From positions 9,734,001-9,798,000 of the forward strand of contig NC_047025.1 of the NCBI RefSeq assembly GCF_902652985.1: a stretch of 64,000 bases of DNA. Reading direction: 5' to 3'. A model generated the notes under the pieces. That model was not told the origin of the DNA, ran no database searches, and saw only the letters and a program-made list of their open reading frames with translations. A program made the translations under genes and the position numbers. Of this stretch, positions 11,901 to 23,900 are shown one piece after another. This DNA is from Pecten maximus (lineage: Eukaryota). Position 1 is the stretch's first letter; each line of letters opens with the position of its first letter.

Positions 11901-14900
11901 TATATAGAATTTAAATACAGTTCCTGGAAATTACTCGAGTCCTTTCTATTTTTTATTATTTGAATTAGCCTTATAATTCAAATAATTTGAGTTTTACCCC
12001 CAATTTAGATTTAAATTGGAACTAGTACAACCCTGCACCTATGGGGATTCCCCAGGGGGTTCGGTTATCACTATGGATTGGAAATTACAAAGTTAATTCC
12101 CAAAGGTACTTCAAGGTATAATTCTACAGAGTAGCCTCTAAGAATGCCAAATATCTATAAGGTGTTGATATGAAAGTAGAAGTGAATCTTCCGCCTGTGA
12201 CAATTATACCACAAACAATCCTTGGTTGCCCCAGTGTATAGTGAATGACTCTACCTACCTCCAGTTTTTGGTATGGGGTGGACCCTGTTGTAGCCTCAGG
12301 AGAGAATATCTGGCCGCAGACATAGCCAAACCCCGGATTCCATCTCCCCACTCTTTCTCTGCACTGTCAACACAAATATTACACATAATCATATAATTAT
12401 TAATCATTTTAACTCAAGGCAGTGTGGCTTGTATATCTATGTCAAATATTCCCTGTTACTCAGATGACAGATTATCCTTAATAAGGCCATTACACCTCAG
12501 ACCTGGGTTTAATTCAGGGACACTCAGCATTTTCGAGTACTGAACACTTGTTAAATTCCACGAGGTTAATATTTTGCCAATGTTCCTATTGAATCAGTCC
12601 TAGTTCATGGATAATTAAGTCCATACCATTCTGCCTGGTAAACATTCTGCTGTAAATTTTTGTATAAATATACACTGGGTAATTATTTCTGTGCTTTGTT
12701 TGGTTTAGCGCCCTGTGAACAGCCAGGGTCATTTTCAGGTGTGGTATCCTTGTAGTAGTTGGTAACTACCTCACTGAACAACATACAGGAGGATAGTTGT
12801 GTGTCATCCAGAGTAATTAGGATAAAGTGTCTTGCCTCTGGACACAACCACAACAGCACAGACCAGCCTGTTTCTCAGCTTCAGGAGAAACATAAATTGA
12901 CATGGGTAGAAAGCTTCAAACCGCATACATGTACCTAGTATCCTCACCAGAGGTTACATGGCCAGCACTATAACCAACTGAGCTATCACGGCTCCACTGT
13001 ATGCAAAGAATATGAGTATGTAATATTGGAATATTGTAGTTATAGATATGCGTAGGACTTACCCTTTGTACTCTATATACTTGTAGATGAAGGCTGCGAG
13101 AGCGATGGCAGCCAGGGCGTAGTACCAACTTGATATAAACATAAGGGTGATACACAGGGCCATACCGATCAGTGACAAAACCCTGAAACACAACACAATA
13201 TATAGGTCAAGGTCGTACAAATCAGTGACAAAACCCTGGAACACAACATAATGTATAGGTCAAGGTCGTACAAATCTGACAAAACCCTGAAACACAACAC
13301 AATATATAGGTTTAGGTCGTACCAATCAGTGACAAAACCCTGAAACACAACACAATATATAGGTCAAGGTCGTACCAATCAGTGACAAAACCCTGAAACA
13401 CAACACAATAAATAGGTCAAGGTCGTACAAATCAATGACAAAACCCTGGAACACAACATAATGTATAGGTCAAGGTCGTACAAATTAGTGACAAAACCCT
13501 GAAACACAACACAATAAATGGGTCTAGGTCGTACAAATCAGTGACCAAACCTTGAAACACAACATAATATATAGGTCAAGGTCGTACCAATCAGAGACAA
13601 AACCCTGAAATACAAAACAATATATAAGTCAAGGTCGTACCAATCAGAGACAAAACCCTGAAACAAAACATAATATATAGGTCAAGGTCGTACCAATCAA
13701 CAACAAAACCCTGGAACACAACATAAGGTATAGGTCAAGGTCATACAAATCAGTGACAAAACCCTGAAACACAAAACAATATATAGGTCAAGGTCGTACC
13801 AATCAGTGACAAAAACCTGAAACACAATATATATGTCAAGGTCGTATCAATCAGTGACAAAACACTGAAAACATCATAATATATAGGTCAAGTTTATATC
13901 AATCAGTGAGAGAACCTTAAAACTGAACACAAAATACAGGTCAAGGTCAAACTGATCAAAGAGTGAACTCTAGAACAGCAAAATATAGGTCAAGGTCGTA
14001 TCAATTAATACTTACCAGTGATAAAATCGAAAGCGTGGTCTCCAGCTTGGTGTCCTCAGAAGGGTTTGTAGAGCACAGGCCATATTTACAAAGCCATAAC
14101 ACATCAGGAAAAACCTTAATAAACAAAATTTCAATCTTAAACATTACAAGGAACTCTCAGGAGACTTTTTTTGGTCAGTTATTCTGAACAAGATGGCATT
14201 TCAATGGAACCCAATTATTTGATATGAAAGTGATATCACTATCTTTACTAAAGTTCTCATTTCATAAAAAGTAGTTGATATTTCATATGTTCCAACTTTC
14301 AGTGTAATATTTAAAATGTTTTACTTCATTTTTTTCTTTCTTTTATAATCCATATTTTAGAGATTTGGATATAGTACTTACATTGTAATAATGGGAGCGA
14401 CGTCATCCAGACTGGCAATCAGGATTCCAATCTCTGATATAAAAACTGTCATGATGAGGGCTCTGAAGGGTTCACCCCGCTTTGTGGTTACACTGAACAC
14501 CTTGAGAAATGGGATCACTCCATCACTGCTGATGGCTTGTAGTAGTCGCGGCGCACCTGTGTCAGGTAAATAGATTTATAAGTAGTATTGAGAACCTTTT
14601 AATGTTCTATTTTTACTGAGATACACTATTAAATAATATCCTTTTTACTTTAAGGCTTGAAATGGGGGTCTCTCACTCTCTAAGTGGATGTCTATCACAA
14701 GTCCATTATAAGGAAGACTTTTTGGCAAAGATAATGATGTAGTGGATACTATGAGTTACTTCCCTTTGACAATGTAACACAGTGCATAATCAAGATGTCA
14801 TAAGAAAGGCATGTTGGGGCCATAATGGCATCAATACAATAGACATGATTGATATATTTTGAAATAATGGACCACAGAGCCCCACACCCATGGCAGTACG

Positions 14901-17900
14901 GAAAGTCTACATACCTGTTAGACTATGGAGCCCCACACCCATGGCAATACAGAAAGTCTACATACCTGTGAGACTATGGAGCCCCACACCCATGGTAGTA
15001 CGGAAAGTCTACATACCTGTTAGACTATGGAGCCCCACACCCATGGCAATACAGAAAGTCTACATACCTGTGAGACTATAGAGCCCCACACCCATGGCAG
15101 TACAGAAAGTCTACATACCTGTGAGACTATAGAGCCCCACACCCATGGCAGTACGGAAAGTCTACATACCTGTGAGACTATGGAGCCCCACACCCATGGC
15201 AGTACGGAAAGCCTACATACCTGTGAGACTATGGAGCCCCACACCCATGGCAGTACGGAAAGTCTACATACCTGTTAGACTATGGACCCCCACACCCATG
15301 GCAGTACAGAAAGTCTACACACCTGTGTGACTATGGACCCCCACACCCACGGTAGTACAGAAAGTCTACATACATGTGAGACTATAGACCCCCACACCCA
15401 TGGCAGTACAGAAAGTCTACATACCTGTGTGACTATGGAGCCCCACACCCATGGTAGTACAGAAAGTCTACATACCTGTTAGACTATGGAGCCCCACATC
15501 CATGGCAGTATGGAAAGTCTACATACCTGTTAGACTATGGAGCCCCACACCTATGGCAGTACAGAAAGTCTACACACCTTTGAAACTATGGAGCCCCACA
15601 CCCATGGCAGTATGGAAAGTCTACATACCTGTTAGACTATGGAGCCCCACACCCATGGCAGTACGGAAAGCCTACATACCTGTGAGACTATGGAGCCCCA
15701 CACCCATGGCAGTACGGAAAGTCTACATACCTGTGAGACTATGGAGCCCCACACCCATGGTAGTACAGAAAGTCTACATACCTGTTAGACTATGGACCCC
15801 CACACCCACGGTAGTACAGAAAGTCTACACACCTGTGTGACTATGGAGCCCCACACCCATGGCAGTATGGAAAGTCTACATACCTGTTAGACTATGGAGC
15901 CCCACACCCATGGTAGTACAGAAAGTCTACATACCTGTGTGACTCTAGACCCCCACACCCATGGCAGTACAGAAAGTCTACACACCTGTGTGACTATGGA
16001 GCCCCACACCCATGGCAGTATGGAAAGTCTACATACCTGTTAGACTATGGAGCCCCACACCCATGGAAGTATGGAAAGTCTACATACCTGTGATACTATG
16101 GACCCCCACACCCATGGCAGTACGGAAAGTCTACATACCTGTTAGACTATGGAGCCCCACACCCATGGCAGTACGGAAAGTCTACATACCTGTTAGACTA
16201 TGGAGCCCCACACCCATGGTAGTACAGAAAGTCTACATACCTGTGATACTATGGAGCCCCACACCCATGGCAGTACGGAAGTCTACATACCTGTGAGACT
16301 ATGGAGCCCCACACCCATGGCAGTGTGGAAAGCCTACATACATGTGAGACTATGGAGCCCCACACCCATGGTAGTACAGGAAAGTCTACATACCTGTGAG
16401 ACTCTGAAGGCCTGCTCCTAGTGTAGACAGGAAAGAGCCTATCAGGATAACCCATTCGTTAGGCCAGGCTAACTTGGCCACCACCAGACCTCCATTAATA
16501 CTTTCACCAAACCTGAAAGTCAAAAGGTTGTCAATACAACATCAAATAGCCCTTATAAGTCACATTCCTCATACAGAAGATATCATTTAGAAACCATCCA
16601 ACAGTTTTTTTTAATTGGAATTGGAAACATCCTTTTCCATCCTTTTCCTGTATTCAATGATAACATTTCAGCAGTCATTAATTAGATTCTATATCAATGA
16701 TTTATAATTTTGCATATTGATTTGTTCAAAAGAATCCAGTTGTACATAAAGAATGTTTTAAAAATGAAATACAGTTTCAAACTAATTATAAGCATTGATG
16801 TCAATATTTTTCAGCTTCATAGGGGTAGGTATGTAAACGTTTGTAAGAATCTGCTACGTTCCTCAAAACTAATGATTACAAGCTTCAATTATGCCTTTAA
16901 TTTGTGGATTTATTATGAATGAATTATGCTTACTATACTAATACTTACTTGTCTCTGAGGAGATCTCCTTCTACTGTCCCAGCAAAGAAAATTACACTGG
17001 TGATGTCTACAGGGGCTAAGGAATTTATCATCAATACAACATTTCTCAACACAGTCATCAGGCAGTTACAATAACTTACAGTTCTTTTGATCCTAATTCT
17101 AACACTTTTTTAGCCATCTTACTCATATGTTCTCAGCCATTCTAACTCTCATATTGTTTAGACATCCAAATTTTCAATTTTCTCTCCAATAATGCATAAG
17201 TTCTTTATAGGTCTGTTTGCTCTTTTTTTTTCTTTACATTGTTTCCTCATTTCAATTATTCCTGTTAGTTATAAAATAGCTCTGCAGGGTGCATGGTGTT
17301 ACTGTTTTAACACATACATCTCTAAATAAATCTTTTATTGTTTAACTGTCAACCTAAAGGATACAGACAAATGAAGTGGTTGCTATGGCGGCGATGGTAC
17401 CTGTTGGTATGGACCTGGAGGCATCGGCCAGATCGCCAGATCTGTTGGAACCCGCCATGATACCTGAAAGGTCAGAGGTCAAAAATAAAAATATTCTAAC
17501 AAAATTACAATGTAGTCAAGATATGCTACCTTGCTTATCAAGAAGACTTCTGGTATCAGATTACTGTTTATATTGTTGATATTTCTAAGTCATTTACCTT
17601 TGTGAATCACAGTTATTTATATGCTATACCCTTATTGCACACGGTTATAAGAATTACCACTCTCACAAATGTCAAATATATAAAGAATATTAACTATATT
17701 ATGTAAAATATTGGAGAGTCTGAGGCAGTAGTTCCAAAGACTATCTATCAAATATTTTATATGATAGAAACTTTGAAGTTTTACCTTACTTAACACTAAA
17801 TGGGATGTGGTTTGATACATTTTAAATGTTAAGCTAGTATTTACCTGTACAGGAAGGGAAGTAAATAGCCAATAACACCATGAATGATGACGTAACATCG

Positions 17901-20900
17901 GCTATGATTTCAGCTTGGGATATACTGCTCTCATCCGTACCAATGATTTTATCCTTCCTTGTGTACTTGTTGTTCAGATTTCCTGGAAAAATAAAAATTA
18001 CCACAACTCACTTGAATTTTGTAAAAGATTGTTTCTGTAAATTCTCACAACAACCTTCCATACAACAAGCATTATGAATACCAACACAGAAATTACAGAT
18101 ATAGTATTGTCAAAGCAACGAGTACCAAATATTATCCAATAATGGGCCAAGATTAATAGAATCTAACATGGGTCTGTTCCGTGGACAGGGATTTCTCCCA
18201 TACTTCACAGGGGTATCCGGCGGTTGCTAGGGAAAAGATAAATCCGTCTTGCACAGGGTCGGTAAAGACAGCCGGCACGCGCTATATGATGCTGCTCACA
18301 AAAACGTAACGTCATCATTTTACGTTGAGTAACCAAGTCGTAAATAATGACGCCGTAAATTTTGACGCACATTCTAAGGAGCATTGAAGATGGCGTGATG
18401 AACAACTTTCATTAAAACTTATGTTTGGTTGCAAGCATGTGAGAAAAAGAATCAATCACGGGTCTGTTCCACGAACAGGGATATCTCAACCCTCGTGTAA
18501 GCCTCGTGCTGACTGGCCAAACTCTTACACTCAGGTTGAGATATCCCTGTCCACGGAACAGACCCGTGATAGATTTTATTAATCTCAACCCTCTTTCAAG
18601 AGTTTGGCCAGTCAGCACGAGGCTTGCCAAGTACTACGTAGTGGCCAGTCAAATCTTACACGAGGGTTGAGATATCCTTGTTTGCGGAACAGACCCATGT
18701 TTTCTCACATACTTGCAAGCAAATGTAAGTTTTTATGAAAGCTTTTCATTGTGCCATCTGCAATGCTCCCTGGAATGTACGTCAAAATTGATGACGTCAT
18801 CATTTACGACATATTTACTCAACATTAAATGATGACATTATGTTATTGTAAGCAGTGTCATATAGCATGTGCCAGCTGTGCAACAGCTTGTGTGACATTG
18901 ATTTACCTTTTCCCTAGCAACCGCAGGATAACCCTGTGAAGTATGTGAGAAATAAACTTTACAAATAGACTTAGGTACTGCATGTCAATGAAGTAGTATT
19001 ATTTATTTGCATTTTCACTACATTGGCTGATATTTACAGAGAGTGGGGCTTATCATCAGGCATATAGGCCTATGGTTACATAAAGACTGTATGTAAAATG
19101 CAAACTTACTGACAAAAACACCGCTGCTGAGACCAGGGATCCCTGGTATCGTCCTTGCCGAGTGTTCCTCGAAGTAGTCTCCCCGACAGTCTGTTGTACC
19201 ATTGTATACAGTACAGTAACTTGAGAAAATACCTCCGCTAATATTTGGGTTCTTTGAGCACAGAAACGTCCCATTCGATTCCACCACTTTCGATGACATC
19301 AGCCGATCTCCTAATATACATACACTGCAACAAAATCAAAACAGGTCAACTGGACATCTAGCATAAAATTAACAGGTCAGCTGGTCATGTAGCAACAAAA
19401 TTAAAAGCCTAGATCATATTCACTATAGCCACCTGATGACGTTAGTCCCGGTTTCTAGAGGGGGAGAATACACAGCCATCCAATATGAAATTTACCTCAA
19501 TATATGCAAAGAATAATCTAATTTACATCAGAAACAGTAAATTTTTAGAAATTAATTCTTCCCTCTCTTGGATTATTTTGGTAGCTATCTGTACCACTAC
19601 AAACTTACTGTGGTGTTGACTGAAGAGAAGTCTCGGTTTATGATTCTGGGAGCTATCATGTGGTACCACTACAAACTTACTGAGGTGTTGATTGAAGGGA
19701 GGTAACTCTTCACAAGTTAGTTCAAGTATCTTCCCAATAGAAATGTTTTCTCAATTTATTCAGTTTCAAAATTATACATTGTCACAAAATGCTGCATCAA
19801 ATGAGGTATCGATCATGCAATTTGGCTGTTTGATGTTTTAATTCTTAAACACTTAATATAACACCAACATTACGAGCTGTGAGTAATGCTTGGTAAGTTT
19901 TAGGTAACCAGTGCCATAAAATGGTATGTTAATATACACTGTACCATAATCACACAATAAAACACTTTAAATCCAAGCAATAGTTTCAATAACTACAACA
20001 ATTAAAATGAATATAGCAGGTTGATAAGGTTGTGAGTTGTATTTATATATAAACAAAACATTTCTGTAATTAAATGACAAAAATTTCATAGCAAAAACAG
20101 TGCAGACAATCTGTTAAAAAATAATCGGTTTAGAGCTATAAATAAAAGATCACATAATAAACAAAAATAATTTTTATAACCATGAGCTTCAAAATCTTCA
20201 CTGCTTTTTATCCAATACACTGACAATCTATGATACTTTTTACTTATATTTATATTTAATCTTTGTCTCCAGAAAAATTTCAATTGATAAATCTTCAACT
20301 TATATTAAACGTCAGTGTCATTGTCATGGATTCTTAAAAACATGCATTTTTTATCAAAAAAGAAGAAAAAGTACAGACATTTAAAGAAATACTCAGTGTC
20401 TTATGAGTCCCACAAGAGTTGAACCAAGAAAGAGTAACATCCCTCATAAAAGATTATACAATTACTTAAAATCTCCCAGCATGATATGATTACAGTGTTA
20501 GTGATTAAAAACAATTGGAATTTTATAGAACATGAATCCAAGACACCATTTGATTCTCCCGCTGTGTACAAGTGTCAACCTCAAGAATAAGGAAAAGACA
20601 GATAGGATTGTTAGGGAGCTTGGGAAATAACAATTTTTCTCTGCTTTTTTCCCCATGGCTAGATTAAAAAGTTATCCGTTTATACAAATTACAAATAACT
20701 GAAATTATGTTTTTCAATATGATTTAAAGTTGAAGATATTCAACATAGAAGTGGGATTGCAGTGAACATACTGATAACTTAATGGAATTTCAACTCACTG
20801 TATCCAGATATAGTATGTGTTTAAATTTCAAGTTTATGACCCCTTTTAATTAAAAAAAAAAGAAAAAAAAGTTAATAATAAAAAAGCTCAATAACTAAAT

Positions 20901-23900
20901 ATTTCAAGCAGCTCAATTTCGTAGAAAAGGTTTTTTTCCTGGAATTAATGTATGCTTGAATTAATTGTCCAATTTTGAGTCTCATTCCATATAGGAATTT
21001 TTAGGATTCTGGAGTAGAAACCATCACACAAGTCATTGAAGCATATTATTTATGTATCATTCAATAAGTCTAAATATTGTAGAAAATTCATATTTCCAAA
21101 CCTCAGTAAAAGCACAAACAAAGGGCAACAACTCTGTATAAAGGGAGGTACAAATAATCACAGTTTGCAGCACTCAACCATCCCAAGAGTTACATGCATA
21201 CAACACTGCACAACTGTACTAGACATAGCATATGAGATATGCTGAGGAACCACTGGCATATATCAAATTGAACAAAGGGCAATAACTCTCTATAAAGATG
21301 GGACTGGACAAGATATCTGATTTTAGCATTTGACATTCAACCCCAAATAAGAACTTGCATACAAATAGCAATTGTACAAATGACACGTAGATATGTCCCC
21401 AGAGAAGGTGGCACACAGGCTGACAGAAAATGAAACCATCACACAGCAGTGCTGCTGGAGAACCAGCTTTTAGAGAAGGATAAGTCATCTCCAACATGAT
21501 CTGGAGAAATTCTCATGTCAATTTCAAATTACAACTTGGATGTTGTGTCAATGATGATTTATGATGTCATCAAAACACAACTTGGGGGAATGTCTCAAAA
21601 CAGGATTTTGGATGTCATCACAAACATAGCTTGGGGGAATGTCTCAAAACAGGATTTTGGATGTCATCACATACATAGCTTGGGGGAATGTCTCAAAACA
21701 GGATTTTGGATGTCATCACAAACAGAACATAGGGGAATGTCTCAAACAGAATTATGGATGTCATCACAGCACAGCATAGGGGAATGTCTCAAAACAGGAT
21801 TTTGGATGTGTCATGTCATCACAGCACAACTTAGGGGAATGTCTCAACCAAGATGTATAGGAATCATAACATAACTTTGTGGAATGTCTCAAACAAGAAT
21901 TTGGATGTCACCACAAACACGCTTTCAGGGATGATCTCAAAAAAATATTTGAAGAGTTAATTGATGGGTTTTAAGGCAAATATCTCTCCTCAAGTTCAAA
22001 GATCATCCTGTACTTGTAAGAATGACTCCAAGTAATCAACCTGTAATTTTTTTCCGTTTAAAGAAACAAACAGTCAACATTATAGTGGTCTATTCGATGA
22101 TAAATCGTAAACTAAATAATTAATTATCATAACCATCCTCTAATGACTTTCACTGTTACGACTGTCTTGTTCAATAACTGAGGGTAACAGAGTTCATTTC
22201 ACTATGGAATCGCATGCTTTAGAAAAGCCATTAATTCCATGTAACAATTTTTTAGGATTCTGGAGTAGAAACCATCACACAAATTGATTCCCCAGGGAAG
22301 ATTTGTTTCACAGAACCAACATAGACTGACAGGCAGGCTGAGCTATTCTCTGGGAGAACCTGACAACAAATTAACAGGTTGCATGCCTAAAACCCACCTA
22401 CCGTTCCTGGCAATGACAAAATTTGACTATTAACAATGACTAATTGTTCCATGCTTAACATGTTGCTACGTAAAACTGTCCAATGCACAAAATTTATGAA
22501 AAAGAAAAAAAAATCATTGACAACTATGAAATAGCAAACCTATCAAATGTTAATTAAACTTACCGCATTCACCATAGAAGATCTACTAACTAAATTTATT
22601 TAGTAATAAAACTTGATATATTTAGCTGAAATGGACAATAACACCAAATCTGTTCCATCATTAATTAGAAATACGCAAGTTTTAATTAAAAAGAAATACC
22701 GTTAACGGTACATATTTTTCTATTAATAAATATTAACAATTTTGAAATAATTGAACAAAACCTGTTATCAAGATAATAATATCTGATCAAACGGGTTAGT
22801 AAGGTCAATCAGAGTTGATGTATAAGGAGAAAGGTCAGAGGTCAGAGGGCATCACACTGTATCAATGTTTACCTCTTCAGTATTAAATCTACAGTGTAGT
22901 AGCATCAGTAGCATGCTGAAATAAAACAAACATCATCAAACATGCTTAAACATCTATTACAACACACGAAACATCTAATACAACATCTATTACAACATAT
23001 AGGCTACAAAGTTTAATACAGCGGACACTACATCTAATACAACATCTATTATAACATATACAACATCTATTAAAACACATACAAAGTTAAATACAACACA
23101 TACAATACAGGTACGATACATACAATGTTTCATACAGCGGACTCAACATTTAATACATTTAACATCCTCAGAAACATTGAATGCATTATACAAAATATCT
23201 CATACAACACATACAATGTTTAATATAATGGTCAACACCATATAAAATCCCTCACATACACCACTGCCCTACAAGAATGGCGTAAGAATCGCACCTGCTT
23301 CCCCCCTTTGCAATATATATGATTCATGACTAAATTGGATTTTTTTTAATTTTTCAATTACTTTCTTCCTCCTAATGTCTCCCTTGACACTGCCTCACAT
23401 TTTGGCCTTTAGTTGAGTGTTCTCCCCTGTGAGGAATGCTTTGGGTTCAAGAAATACCAAAGTACCTAAAATGGTAGTTTTTATTCCTGCTTAGTGTATA
23501 GCATTTTTAAAAGTGGGGAACATTCTGGGATTGGGCGACTAGTTCACCTGTATAATGTGACAGTGGGAGATTTTTATGCAGTGATCAGAAAAAATGATTC
23601 TGATTGGTCAAAAATAACTGACATCTACAAAGTATGACACATGTCACTTTTGAAATTGATTAATCTGCATGTGCAAAAATATCAGCTTTATCAAATTGAT
23701 CAAATCCAAATCTTACAGGCAAAACCATAATAAATTGCTCTTACAAACACAACATCTTAACACAATACTGGCATTTTCCCTACACATACAAAATTTAATA
23801 CAATATCAAAAGATTTCATCACAAACTGTGACAGCACTTGTCAAACTTGGCTATAAGATTAATTATATATCCATTTATCTTTCAAGAATCTTGGAAGCAC

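Noticed and set aside
12960-12996. tRNA-like sequence on the minus strand
   Set aside because: A box only, continuing into a SINE body; no complete cloverleaf.
14890-16455. Repetitive ORFs ([17 protein letters not shown] / [17 protein letters not shown])
   Set aside because: Artefacts of a 51-bp (17-codon) intronic array. They are interrupted by stops and open in several frames on both strands.
19580-19700. Two-copy repeat containing GTAAGT and an 11-nt AG..GT microexon candidate (19609-19619)
   Set aside because: Frame-shifting alone. It is in frame only if combined with the 43-nt candidate, with no homology support, so likely chance.
20996-22282. ~36-bp direct repeat (aatttttaggattctggagtagaaaccatcacacaa) 1.25 kb apart as possible LTRs or TSD
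   Set aside because: Too short for LTRs, too long for a usual TSD, and no element features between the copies.
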